A program made the position numbers and the translations under genes. The notes under the pieces were generated by a model that searched no databases, was not told the origin of the DNA, and saw only the letters and a program-made list of their open reading frames with translations. From positions 102,486,001-102,550,000 of the forward strand of contig OZ024746.1 of assembly GCA_964016885.1 (NCBI GenBank): a stretch of DNA of 64,000 bases, in the 5' to 3' direction. Origin of the DNA: Eledone cirrhosa. Taxonomy: Eukaryota. Positions 41,396-54,947 of this stretch are shown one piece after another (positions within the stretch are counted from its first letter, which is position 1; every line of letters begins with the position of its first letter).

Positions 41396-42224
41396 CCATG
41401 TCGAACCACAGTCATCGAATTCTGAAAGCACTCAGTGTAGAAGCGATTGGGAACCATAGATTGAAGGTGGAAGAACAATTCTCCGGCCTTCATTTACTGA
41501 ATCTCCCTCAGCATCATAGAAACCCTCATACTTTTCAGCTCACATCACGGTTCGATTGTTACGGCCATTTTGAGGTGACAACATTGTATTTTTCCCTGGG
41601 CATCTACAGCATATTGCTGCATCAGCCACCTGCTCTTCACGACAACATTAGTCACCTTGCCTAACCTGAAACCGATAACCAGTGGGTGTGAGTGTGTGGT
41701 TGTTGTCAATCCTTTTCAAACCAACCCGAAACCCATCATTCCCACAAGGAAACAGTAGCACAGGACAATATTCACATTTTCAGAGACTGGCATTTCAATG
41801 ACTTTCTTGAAGCTTCTTATATGATAAATGTTACCTATGATCTTAAATGTGGGACTAAACCCTGGCTTTCTCCCCCCCCTCTCTCTCTCTCTCTCCCATA
41901 CACTGACATAAGATCATATAATTCAGCATTGTGGCTGTCTGTAAAATGTGAAAAGAAAGGCAAGGTTTTAACTGACATATAATTAGATGTATGTATTTAT
42001 GCCATGTGCGTTAATTTATATACGCACAATAGTCAGTCTCCTGATCTGTTACAAACACAATTCTCAGGGCGAAACAGATTAAATCTCTAATCTGTCCGGG
42101 AGATGAAATAGTTATTGAAACGATGTGTACATTTTACTCTATCCTGTATTTTCCGTTTGCTCGCACGAGGTGAAATATTCATTCGTGTAGCTTTTAGTTT
42201 TAGGTGTTTGTCACATTTTATCTT

Positions 42225-42312
42225 ATCTCTCGCTGATGACGCCTACGGATTATCTGTTACAAACACAATTCTCAGGGCGAAACAGATTAAATCTCTAATC
42301 TGTCTGGGAGAT
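42225..42312 (+). ncRNA. Type I hammerhead ribozyme in a 208-nt-period direct repeat
   Basis: CTGATGA 42233-39; stem II GCC/GGC; GAAA 42279-82; stem III ACAGATTA/TAATCTGT; GUC site at 42304; stem I ATCTCTCG/TGGGAGAT. Confidence 0.85.
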
Positions 42313-42781
42313 GAAATAGTTATTGAAACGATCTGTACATTTTACTCTTTATCCTGTATTTTCCGTATGCTTCAGGTTAAATCTGTCAAACCAACATATA
42401 TATATATGCGCTCAACCAACTGTGACGCCTAAACCAATCAGCTTTAGTAATCCAGTGAAACTACACACCGATTGGTTGAAATACAGTTTTCAAGATTTAG
42501 CATTCTGGAGCCACTTTTCACAGTGGCAAAATTTACCCATCTCATTACGGTTGAAAATTGCAAACTTGACTGTCACCACACATTATGAACCTGAAGATTG
42601 CGAAAGCATGAAAGTACTTGTTCAATTAACACTTAACATTTAATATTCTACCATACTATTTCATTCTAATACTATTATAAATTTTAAAGGATTGTAAATA
42701 AAACGAGTAAATCAAAGTTGGAATTCCTTTTATTAATATAATCTTCTATACATAATTATACACACCCGTGTATATCTATCT

Positions 42782-42815
<34 letters not shown>

Positions 42816-44336
42816 GACACACACATATTGTCCTGGGTATGACATTAAACTACATCCAGTGACAAGGCTCCATTTCGGGAGTTCATGAGCTGTGGGGAAT
42901 GTGGAGTTACCCCTTAGTTGTCATAACTCCCAGGTCTGTTCTGGCCCGGAGCAGTGTTACCTGTTAGGGCCCCATTTATGGGTGAAATAATAAAAGAACC
43001 ATGTAGTCGATTTAACAGCACTAAGGTTGTCAAGGCTTATGGGCACTCTGAATGTGAGGACAATTCGGACACTGAGAAATACTTCCCTGGAACTAAGAAG
43101 ACCCCCACCCCGAAAAGAGGCCCGACCCAGTGGTGCCAAACCAAAAGGTATGCTTTCTCTCTTTCTCTCTTTCTTTCTCTCTCTCTCTCGCATACACTTA
43201 ATGTTAAAAGAAAAGCAAGCTTTGAAGTGACAAATAATTAGATACATTGATACGACGCGTCGCCCTCATATCATGTATCTGTATGGCTGTCTGTCTGAAC
43301 TTTCTAAATAAAACACACCCACACCCAACAAAGGGAACCAAATAGTTAAATTATAGAGTAGCCTAACTTGAGATTTTAAATTTTTCCATTTTTTTTTTTT
43401 CATACACAAAAATACAGATCCATAAACATTTGTGTGTGGATCTATGTATATAGATAGGTAGATGGACAAGGGTGTCCTCACATAGGAGGTTTCCCGGTTG
43501 TTGTAATGATAGACTCCAGTTCTATCCCGAAAAACTTGAAATGAAGCAACTGGCTTATTAATGCAATGTGCTGCCAGACCTAGGGTTTGATGTTATGTTT
43601 ATGAGTGCAGCACACTAACCATTGAAGCCCCACCATCACATACTGAACCTACATTAGAACACTACCACACACTACAGCACTACCAGACACTATAACACCG
43701 CCATACTACACTACCACCATCACACTACATCACCACCAACACCACCATTCTATATATTCAGATATATCATATCTACCCCACCTTTAACCCTGGCCCTTTA
43801 TAACCCCTAAAATCTCTATTTCAGATATATCGTCATTCCTACGTTACCTCTAAATATGTAACTGCTTCACCACGGCCGTTGTTGTCCCTAATGAAGGACT
43901 GGGCTCTGCTACGCAACAGCAATGTACCAGATGGTTTTGAGAAATACTTCCCTGGAGCTAAGGAGGCCCGACCCAGTGGTGCCAAACCATAAGGTATACT
44001 TAATCTCTCTCTCTCTCTTCTAGACACTTCTATAAGGTCATATAATTGAACAGTGTGTCATTTCTAAAATGTGAAAAGAAAGGCAATGTTTTAAGTGACA
44101 TAATTAGAAAGATATAGATACAACGCCGCACACTCACACACAGTTTTATATATATAGATATGTCTCCTCATTTTTGCAAAGTCTATACAAATCCACATTT
44201 CTACTCTGATTGGCTTCAAACTTACATTTATATATTCCTTGTGGTCTAAAGATATTAACTGCAGCTTTTATTTTTCAATTTTCTGTTTTTAAAGAGGTGT
44301 TAGGCACCAGTTATCGATCTCCATCGTGCCCTTATA

Positions 44337-44432
44337 ATTGTTTCTACTTTAGGCACAAGGCCAGCAATTACCCAGTACATTACTGGTACTTTATTTTAAC
44401 GACCCCCGTAAGGATGAAAGGCAAAGTTAACC
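44337..44432 (-). mobile_element. 5'-truncated tRNA-derived SINE
   Basis: Matches 51421-51518. Confidence 0.85.
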
Positions 44433-44523
44433 TCTGGCTGTCTGCATAACGACATTGTGATCCATACGTCAGCAATGACGTTAATCTTCGCCACATTCAC
44501 ACACACACGCGCATGCGCAGATA

Positions 44524-44568
<45 letters not shown>

Positions 44569-44940
44569 GTATGTATGTATGTATGTATGTATGTGAGTTT
44601 CAGAAGATCCCGTTAAGGGTGAAAGCAGCGATTCTTTGCTTAAACTTTAATCTGTTATTTTAATAAATATATATATATATATATCATAATTGAATATAAA
44701 AGAAAAACGAACACAGATATATACATGTGTTCAAATAGTAAGGCATGAGATTCGCTAAGGTGAAAATAATACTAACTATAGACAATTTAAGAATAAATCA
44801 ATAAAATAAATACAAACTTGGCTGCTATCTTTAGTGGTGTGAGTTTGTGAGACACGCTAAGTTCAGATACCATGTGCGTTATATATACGCACACTATTCA
44901 GTTTTTTAATATACTTAGAAATGTCCATGATAATAATTAT

Positions 44941-45020
44941 TCATCCACTGATGAGCAAGAATTGGTATTCCTCTTCACAATTAATTTTGCGAAACAGCAT
45001 TACCAAAGGTGTCTGGGTGA
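44941..45020 (+). ncRNA. Type I hammerhead ribozyme
   Basis: TCATCCA-CTGATGA-GCAA...TTGC-GAAA-CA...TG-TC-TGGGTGA; all core nucleotides present; stem III short. Confidence 0.7.
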
Positions 45021-45069
45021 TTGGTACTTACCACAATTCCGGTTTGTATTTCTTTTCTTGATTTATTCT

Positions 45070-46045
45070 TAAATTGAGTCTGGCAAACCCTATTGTCTCT
45101 AGTTAGTATTCTTTTCACCTTAGCGAAGCTGAACCCGGTGGTCAAACGGATCGGTCCCACCCGTGACAGCAGTCGTTCGACATAGCCCCACAGATAGGCA
45201 ATGCGCGAGCACTGTACAATGCGTGTGCAACTGTTTCCTCGTCGCACCCGCATCTGGGACAGATCTTTTTCGAGGGGTCTCTACCAGGGCGCCCGTGTCT
45301 GTAGAGCCTTTCTCGAACGGGCAGAGCCCCTCGGTGGCACTGCCAGGCCAGGGACCTCTGGAAGTTATCCATAGGTCCCGGGCTGAATGTCCTACCGAAC
45401 AGGTTGGCCAGTTCGTTTTCCTCCATGCCTAGGGCTTCTCCGAGGGTGTTGCCGCACCTGCTAACCACCAGCCCTCTATAGAATGACGAGTTGGATTCTC
45501 CACTGACAGCCGGGTCCGCCTGCCAGAGAGCCGTGAGCGCCTGGGCACACTCGGTGTGCCAGGCGCCCAATTTTCTCGGTCTTTGCTTGACCCAGGATTG
45601 CAGCTCGGTGAGCGAGACGAGTCTGGGAAAGGCTCGCCTCACAAACGGGGCCCACACCGGTTGACCGGTGATGAATACCTGGAGGTGCCGTAGCCTTAAT
45701 GCGTGTTTACGCATCACCAGCCACGGCATCCCAGCCCGCCTTTCGAAGGGTGTTGACAGCAGATGGATCTCCTCACCATAGGAGCCCGCTTCTTCCAAAG
45801 GAATTGGAAGAGTGTGCGCTCCATTTTGGAGAGCGTTTCCCTTGGGCAAGGCACGACGGTCAGGCGGTAGTAGATGTGTTCGCCACCTCCGCCCGACGAC
45901 GGCATTAACAACTCCAACTTCTGCAGCAGTGGCTCTAGTCATTACATACAGAAGGGAGGAGAGAGGGCACCCTTGTCGGATGGACCGCGCGATTTCGAAC
46001 GGCTCCGAGAGGTAGCCGTTCACCTTGACAAGAGCAGAAGTGCGT
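45070..46045 (-). pseudogene. L1/Tx1-clade LINE RT plus zf-RVT fragment, internally deleted
   Basis: VKVNGYLSEPFEIARSIRQGCPLSSLLYV; GGLG; LPVRERLYRHG...CPRCGCDEETVAHAL. Confidence 0.88.
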
Positions 46046-46049
46046 GCCT

Positions 46050-47209
46050 GCCTGCCTGCCTTAAGTCGTCCATGTTGTGGCTCCAGGTGAAGAGTTTGTA
46101 CCTGAGCACAAATATGCGTGCTCATTTGCATGGTGACATGTCTGCAGCATTTGGTCAGAATATTTTAGCACTTTGTGAGGGCAAGGTCCCTGCGGATGAC
46201 AAAGGCGGAATAGCAATCGACTCCCTGTGCAACATTGTGAGCAGCCCTTCTGACCTTTTGGAAGCAGTTTTTCCTAATGTCTCATCTAACTTTAAAAACC
46301 TCGATTAGCTCAGCGAAAGAGCCATCCTTGCTCGGAAAAATACCATGGTTAATTTTATTAACGAGCAGCTGATTGAGAAGATTCCCGCTAAAGAACACGT
46401 CTTCAAATCTATCGACCTGGCGTCAGACCCCGACGATATCGTTAATTATCCGGTTGAGTTATTAAATTCCCCAGGGCTCCCACCTCTTATTCTTAAGCTT
46501 AGGGTTGGCTGTCCCATTATGCTAATAAGGAACTTGCGTCCACCAAAGCAGTGCAACGGTACTCGCATGGTCGTCAAGTCAGTGACGCTCCACTTGATTG
46601 AGGCCACCATTGTAACGGGGTGCTGGAGAGGGGAGAATGTTTTCATTCCAAGGCTGAACCTTTGCCCCTCGGCGTCAGATATCCCGTTCGATTTCCGGCG
46701 ATCCCAATTCCCGGTGAGACCATTTTTTTTTTCCAAGTCCATTAACAAGTCACAAGGGCAAACATTGTTGGTGGCGGTCATCCATTTGGGGGAGCCATGC
46801 TTCTCCCATGGCCAACTTTATGTTGCCAGTTTCCGCGTATGGAGCAGGAATGGACTTTTTGCTTACACTCCTCAAGGGATGACACGCAATATCGTCTACA
46901 ATGAAGTGCTATAGATGTTTGAGTTATGCCGTCTGGAAAACTGGTTGGGTCACCCATAGCGGACAGATCTGACACGCAGCGGCATCAGGGCTACCATCTT
47001 GCAACTTTGTTCTATTAAATTCGCTATTGGAAGATTATTAAGCCATCATTGATTGTCCAAAATGCTAATTGGTTTGTAACTATTAATAACCGGTTCAACT
47101 GCTTTATGCACTTAATTGATAAGATTATGCGCTTTCAAGCTACGTTTACCTGTATGTAACTTTTCATAGCAAATGAACAAACCCGAGTAACGCCGGGCTA
47201 AACTGCTAG
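46050..47209 (+). mobile_element. Helitron 3' portion: PIF1 helicase C-terminus and intact 3' terminus
   Basis: LSTNMR, RAILA, GLPP..LKLRVGCPIMLIRNL, CNGTR, RSQFPVR, SINKSQGQTL, FSHGQLYVA, TRNIVYNEVL*; subterminal hairpin CCCG...CGGG then CTAG|T at 47206-47210. Confidence 0.93.
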
Positions 47210-48004
47210 TTATCAATAATGTTATATCTCGCAATGGCCATACTCGATAACGAGGGCGCAGTCATTATGTATGGTGTTGTGATTTTTATGTACAGTATAT
47301 TATTATTAGATGGGTAACGTGCCTGCAGTAATCGGTAGAGCGTCCTCTCAAAATGTTTGCATTTTGCCCAAAGCAGAAACAATTATTATTGTTGTTTGTA
47401 GTATTAGTAGTAGTATTCATTCTATTTTGTGTTCTACGTGGTTGATATTTCATCACCACAACACCACCACACCACTACATCACCACGCCACCACACCAAC
47501 ATACACCACCAACACACCACTACACCAACACTGTCGCCACCAGTTGGGCTACGTAGTCAAAGTGAAGGAAATAGAATTGGTGAAAGATACATACTGATAG
47601 AAAGATATATGTATATATAGAGAGAGGAGGGGGGTAGATAGAAAGACACAGTTATAGAGATACAGACAATTACGCGTGTTGTTGTTTCTTTGATTCCGAT
47701 AATACACATGTGTATCTAACTGATGATATGTCATATAGATTATTGAGAGGAAATGAATATTTACAAAGAAAAGCTGAAATATAATTTTAAAAAAATTAAC
47801 GAATATTTATTTTTTATCTTTTGGAGTCAGTCAACATTTACCGCCATGTTCTTTGTTCTTTGTTAACAATAAAAGAATCTAATTTCTGACATACACCCTA
47901 CTTCCGATCTTTAACCGCAGCCATTATATCAGAATGTATCTGTGCGTATGTCAAACTGAGTGCATGTGTATGGGTAGGTGTATATATAAAAATGTGTGTG
48001 TGAG

Positions 48005-48105
48005 TTGGTCCCAGGTTCAATCTGGGGTAACCACAGTAAGGTACTCAATACATAGCAGAGTATAAATATTGAATCTAGAAATGTCTTCTGCAGGAGTAGA
48101 ACTGT
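48005..48105 (-). repeat. Copy of the hammerhead-associated repeat family also at 48660-48782 and 55575-55708
   Basis: Shared TTATACTCTG(C/T)TATG..TTGAGTACCTTACT...AACC.GG sequence. Confidence 0.8.
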
Positions 48106-48799
48106 ATATTATATATATAATTTGTCTGTGGTATATATAGATGAATGTTTGATGCTGAATCTCCCCGAGAATCACGCTCTAAGTGTTTATATTTATCTAA
48201 AAACCTTTATGTCCCAAACACTCTTTTCGGCTGAGTATTTTACAGCCAGTTTTGGAGCATGGCGTTGGATGGCACAACTATGCGAAGTGACCAGTGATAT
48301 CATTATGAGGAGGAAGAGGCCAGTTTGCCGCACCGAATCCTTCTCAGAGCGGCACCCCAATTTCGGAGCCGGGCCCTCTCCCCGCGATGGATACTTCTCA
48401 ATACGAAAGACGACCGTGGCAGCCTGGGACTAGATTGCACTGTTATGAGAAGTGACAGTCCAGTTGGCCGCTCGAAACCCCTTTCACAGCGGCAGCACAG
48501 TATCGGATGCAAGTACTGTGAATTGGATGGACACTTCTCAATACAAAACGTGCTAAGGTGTGACTTGACAATGATGAGAAACCGGAACCAGACATTGTGA
48601 AGGACTGTTTGAGGGGAGGGATGTATGTATACGGTCATTAAAACACACGCACGCTCGTATATAATTCTCCTGAATGAAAGTTATAGTCATGTAGAAGTCA
48701 TTACTATATTAAATATTTATACTCTGTTATGAATTGAGTACCTTACTTACTGTTGTTAGCTGTGATTGAACCCGGAATAAACTTTACACGTTTTTGGAA

Positions 48800-49990
48800 A
48801 CACCCTGTATATATATCATTTGAGATGTAAATATCACATACTTAAGAGAGATAGATGTTAGAACTCGAAAACTTGTCAGTGTTACTGGGAACTTTGGTGA
48901 TGTGGATAGGCTGTACTTGTCATGCAAGGAAGGTGGCCGGGGTCTAAAATCCATATTAACATCATATGACACCCGGATAGTAACACTGAAGCAACATCTT
49001 CAACAGAGGAAAAGTTTTATGGCCCAGGTTTATGAGCATGAAAAAAAAATATCATTAGGATAGCCACTGATCTGGAGGAGAGATATGGAATAAAGCCTGA
49101 TATAAATCTCTCACCCAGAGAAATCGGAAGATCCTATTCACTGTTCAAAGAAGATGAAAAAATTGACCAATTTACAGAAAAAGTTGTGCACGTATACTTG
49201 AGACGTAAAACACAGACCATAGAGGTGATAAACCACTCAAAAAGCCTGGCATGGAGTTCCGACAAGTTTATGACATGACACCTTGAGGGATATCTCTATG
49301 CAATACAGGAACAAGAACTCCCTACCAAATATCTGCTGCACAAAAGAGGAGGGCCATCAGCTGACAATAAATGTAGGCTTATGTAAAACAAAGATTGAAG
49401 ATGTAAGCGACATTGTTGCCAGCTGCGAAAGAATGTCATCTCGCTACTACCTCCCCATGAGACACGATGGGATAGCTAGAACGATCTGGAACGCAAACGA
49501 GGAAGAATATATCGAGACAGATTGCACTAAGGAATACTGGTGGAACCTGAAAATAAAAACTGCCACCAAATTAAAGCACAACCGGCCTGATATTGTTGTT
49601 TGGGACCACCCATTGAAAACGTGTTGTGGAGATCAGTTGCCCACTTGATGTAAACGTTGTCAGAAAAATACAGGAGGAGGACATCTCCGGACCATTGATG
49701 AGGAGTTTACAAATCCAGTATCCAAAATACACCTTTAGCTTCATACCCATCATTATTGGAGCTACGGGTTATATACCAACCCGCTTGGACCAAAGTATGA
49801 CTGAACTTGGATTTGCTGACAAAGAGCGCAGCTCCCTTCCCTAATTCATAGTCTACAAGTGGCTGCGATAGTTGGCACCTTCAAAATTTGCAAAACATTC
49901 TTGCGATTCAAGGGATGACAATTTCTTTTCTTTTACAACCTTGCCACCAGGAAGGTGACCGGTCAAAAAATATATTCGAAATTAAGAGAA
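48800..49990 (+). pseudogene. R4/Dong-like (RLE-type) non-LTR retrotransposon 3' fragment
   Basis: GGRGLKSI; CRLC...IVASC knuckle; RHDGIAR; KHNRPDIVVWD; EISCPLD; IPIIIGATG. Ends next to a TG microsatellite. Confidence 0.85.
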
Positions 49991-50024
49991 AGAGATCACC
50001 TACATGTATGTGTGTATGTATGTA

Positions 50025-50055
<31 letters not shown>

Positions 50056-50822
50056 TTGTATATATATATTTATTTATTTATTTCATTATATTTGTTCCAC
50101 TCCACGTGGTTTATATTTCACCACCACACCGCCATCAAACCACCACACCAACAACACTCGCCACCACCGCCATCATTAGAAAATGAAATACATGCTATGT
50201 GGTAAAGTCAGAGTTTCAAGAGTTTGACAAAATGAGATGTTTTGATTGGTGAGAAGGATGAAGGCGATGTACTGGCCTGTAGTGTATATGGGGGTGGGTG
50301 TGATGGTGAGATGTTGGTGACGGTCTGTGGATGAGGTGGGCTGTGGTGTGGTGGTGGTGGGTTGGTATTTAGTGGGATGGGCTGTGGTGTGAGGTTAGTG
50401 GACTGTCTGTAGACGGGTTGGGGTGTGGTAGTGGCGCCTTTGTCTATGGTAGCGGCGTTTTTGGTGGTGTGGTGGATGTATTGGTGGCGTCAGGTATTTA
50501 CATAGATACATAGACGCTCTTCGTCTGACAGATACCTTGTATATACGTATACGTACACACATATATGTATATATGTGCACATATATTGTTGTATAAACAC
50601 ACACAACATAAGACACATACGCACATCCTTGCCCACACATATCGGCATACGCTCACACACAGCCATATGTATATGTACACACATGTATGTGCATGCGCGC
50701 ATGCGGACACGAATATGAAGAGTGGTGGAGTATCGGTGGGGGTGGCGAACGACAGAGATGGGGGAAGGACTCACACTCATGTATGCAAGATATACACATA
50801 CACACTCCCACACACGTATACT

Positions 50823-50862
<40 letters not shown>

Positions 50863-51420
50863 TGTACCGACAACACACACATACACGCACATAGTCAGAT
50901 TTACCCATATACATATATGTAGACGTACACACACATACACATATGCATACACATACACATACACATATATATATATATATATACACACACACATAGACAT
51001 ATGTATATACATGTGTTCACACACACACACACACATACAGATAAATTTGCGTACACGCACGCACACTTAAAACGCCCGTATGAGTAAAATACTTACACAC
51101 AGACACACACACTATTGTTGGTTGGGGAGTGGAGGTATGTTTTGTCGGTGTTGGTGAAGTATGGAGTTGTTTTGTGGTGGTGGTGGTGGTGGTGGTGGAG
51201 TTGTGAGGGACAAAAATATATATACCGGATCGAATACCGGTTAAAAGGTGAGATAGGGAACGCGGGGGAAAAGCGTTTATGGACGTACGGCGATGTGTGT
51301 TGTGGACATGGTGATGGTGGTGGTGGTGGTGGTGCTGGGGTGATATGTTCGGCAAGATGATTACATGATCAGAGGTTACGGTGTGTTATATGGTAGGCAG
51401 ACGGGGGGTGGGGGGTATAT

Positions 51421-51600
51421 AATTGTTTCTACTTTAGGCACAAGGCCAGCAAATAGCCAGTGTATTACTGGTACTTTATTTTATCGACCCCCGTAAGGAT
51501 GAAAGGCAAAGTCAACCTAGGCGGGATTTGAACTCAGATCGTAAAGGGACGTAACTATGCTTGAAAGCATGGCGTCCGACCCTCTACCGATACTGCCAAC
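51421..51600 (-). mobile_element. Full-length tRNA-derived SINE
   Basis: Reverse complement of 57416-57603; A-box and B-box-like motifs. Confidence 0.9.
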
Positions 51601-51887
51601 CCCCCCACCGTGGAGGGTATATAATACAGTCGATTTGGGATCGAGGGATATGTGTTGATGATGATTGTGGTTGTGTGTGCGTGCGACAGTACAGTTACAG
51701 GATCGAATTTAACGTGGGGTTGCAAGTTAGGGTAGATAGAGGGAACATGGGGGGATGAGGATGTAGGCGTGTATGGTATGCACATGACGATGTGTGGTGT
51801 GGTGGTGGAGATGGTGTGATATGATCGACATTGTATTTACAAGGTCTCTTGTCATTGTGGATTGCAAGGTAGAACGTATCATATGGT

Positions 51888-52656
51888 ATATATATATATA
51901 TATAAAACTAAGGATGTCTGTATGAGTTTGAATCCCTAAACCTCGAGAAGCACCCAACCGACTGTTTTCAAACTTTACACCCGCGCCCTTATAATATGTC
52001 TGTATGTCTAGCTGTCTGCATCGCACTCGGCGCGTCAATGTATGCCTGTTAAATGGGCCGCAAACGCATTGATTCATTGTAAAGGCTACCAGTGGAAGCA
52101 ACCGTAACACCCTCCAAATGTGAGAGAACGCAGTGAAAGTCACTATTAAGAGAACGTTCACATGGCCCTTTTTATGGCCACCACTTGAAATTGTTGATTG
52201 TTACCCGTAGTTACTGGAGTGTCAGTGAACGGCTTACAAATCCATTATAAGGGCCCTTGAAATAACTGATGGCGACCCTTTGGTTTGGGGCGGCGAGTGA
52301 ACACGCACACGCCTCAAGGCCCATTTTATTGCACCACTCCTCTGTAAAATTGTTAAATTATACCCACTGTTTGGTAAACGTTTGTGAAGGTGCGGTGGAC
52401 TGGTTCGAGAAGGCTCCATATGCTGTCCGATTGCACGTCATGCCTTGCTCAAGCATTGCAGACTTCCCTCTGACTCCTGTCACTTTATTAAAGTACAAAA
52501 GCACTCAGCCGATTTTCTTCACGTGGAAGGAAAAGCATACCTAATACTAATTGCATCAGAGCATTCGGTTTATTTTCTTTACATGTCCAGGCATGCAGTT
52601 TTTCCACGATTAGGTAAAAATAACTTATCCCGTGCAACGCCGGGTACCACTGCTAG
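51888..52656 (+). mobile_element. Non-autonomous Helitron
   Basis: 3' hairpin CCCGTGCAACGCCGGG then CTAG|T at 52653-52657, the same architecture as 47182-47210; 5' end is approximate (TATATATAAAACT). Confidence 0.75.
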
Positions 52657-52761
52657 TATTATATATATATATATGCATATTGTTTTACTCTTTTACTTGT
52701 CCCAGCCATTTTGCTGAGGTCATGCTGGGGTACCGCCTTTAATATATTTTTCTATATATCT

Positions 52762-52793
<32 letters not shown>

Positions 52794-53047
52794 CAATAAA
52801 AACGTATCCATGAAAGGCAAATCTTATCGGTTGGAAAACAAAATAAACTTTTGTATTTTATTTGATGAAAGTGCACCAAGCTTGTCTTGGTTGGCCTTGA
52901 AATATATATAATAAAATAAATATGGTTTTATAAATAGTTTCCATTTATTTAATATCACGAAATATTTACTCCAGTAAATTGTTGAGTGCTCTAAATCAGT
53001 TATAAACATTTGTTTGTCGGACTTCCAACAAATTAAATACAACTTCT

Positions 53048-53123
<76 letters not shown>

Positions 53124-53213
53124 CGGAGTTGTGTTAAGGAACCAGATGGACCATAATGCACCAGAGATAGCCGTCGAAACGGCTTGAGCTCTGCCGTCGG
53201 GGTCATACATCTT

Positions 53214-53270
<57 letters not shown>

Positions 53271-53394
53271 CACGTTGTTCTGATAAAACTATTAAATTTC
53301 TTCATAGAATAATAAATTTTGTTTTATTATTTGTTGCTATTGTTCGGTTGTTGTTGTTGTTGTTGTTACACACACACACTCAGACTTTGCTCAT

Positions 53395-53443
53395 CTTTTG
53401 GCGGCAAAAAATAGCGGCAAAACAACATACATACATACATAGA

Positions 53444-53484
<41 letters not shown>

Positions 53485-53696
53485 GTGAGTATGTGTGAGT
53501 TACCCGCCACTTTCTTTTCCTTATAAATACAAGCCCCGTTTTTCATATCTTTCATTTCAGCCACAGATTTGAAAGATGACTTCAGGTTATTCTCATGGTA
53601 TGCTTTAAGCCCTTTTTAGGGCTGCTCAGAGATACGCCGAAAACACAGCGTCCATGTTCACTCCTGGGACTGAGAAGAAAAGTCCCACAGGTCAGT
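53395..53696 (+). promoter_or_regulatory. Candidate promoter and first or internal exon ending at donor CAG|GTCAGT
   Basis: TTTGGCGG E2F-like site, TATAAAT at ~53522, pyrimidine tract plus CAG at 53560, ATG at 53654 (MFTPGTEKKSPT), donor at 53691. Confidence 0.3.
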
Positions 53697-54045
53697 CAGA
53701 TTTATATTTAATTTATTTAAAAAAAAAAAATAATTTCAATTTAATTTATATTTCTTAAAAAAAAAAAGAATTCAATTTAACTTATTTCTTTAAAAAAAAA
53801 GTTCAATTTCATTTAAAAAAAATTCAATTCAATTAATTTCTTTTAAAAAAAAAGCTTTTATAGTTATGTTTTTGTATTTTAATCGGGGTAACATTTTCGA
53901 TTTAATTAATTTCATCATATTGTTGTATATATACACACACACATATATATACAATTGTTATATATATATATATATATATATATAAGGTTGCAGTTATTCG
54001 AATACCTTGGAGTATTCGTTTTTATTTCTATGCTCTCTGAAATCC

Positions 54046-54120
54046 TGCCAAGGTCAACTTTGCCTTTCTTCCTTGTGTTGGAAGTGGATAAAAAAAAGTA
54101 CCAGTGAAATGCTGGGGTGA
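54046..54120 (+). mobile_element. Degraded SINE fragment
   Basis: CCTGCCAAGGTCAACTTTGCCTTTC...AAGTACCAGT matches the SINE body. Confidence 0.65.
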
Positions 54121-54677
54121 ATTCTTCCTATCTATAGTTTTCTCGCAATTATCTTTTTCTGAATAAAAGTACCAGTCAAATACTGGGTTCCTCTCTTCTC
54201 TGCTTTTTCTCTGTCTATCTTTCTGGAAGAATTTTCTATTTTTAGAACTGGAGGAGTTGGTATTTGCTAGTGATTAAGGGAGAAAATGAAAGATATATAT
54301 GTATATATATGTATATGTGTGTTGATGAGATTATGTAGGGGGGGGAAAAATCTGGAAAAATCTGTTGAATTCACATGGTTGGTATTGTCTCTGTTCTCTG
54401 TTTTCAAAAGACTTATAAAAGCTGACTCAGTATTGTTTATCCAATAAAGTAGCAGTAATACGTTATAGTTAGATTAACGTTAATTTTGTTCACTTGTAAT
54501 TTAGAGAATATAAAATATAAAATGCACCATTAGAATATATAACTTATTTTTATTCCAGATTCTCCTAAAAATTTGTCCCTGTTCAATTCCTTCTCTGCCA
54601 CAAACCTCTCATTTTTGGATAGAATTTTTTTATTTATTTTTTTACGTTAGGTTAAACCAGCCAACCAATTTTTTTAA

Positions 54678-54719
<42 letters not shown>

Positions 54720-54848
54720 GCTTATGACATGTGTGTGTATATATATATTTATTTATATGTATATATATATATATATATATATTTATAATTTATAATTTAT
54801 ATATATATAATTTATATATATATATAATTTATATATATATATATAATT

Positions 54849-54886
<38 letters not shown>

Positions 54887-54914
54887 TATATATATATTTA
54901 TATATATATATATT

Positions 54915-54947
<33 letters not shown>

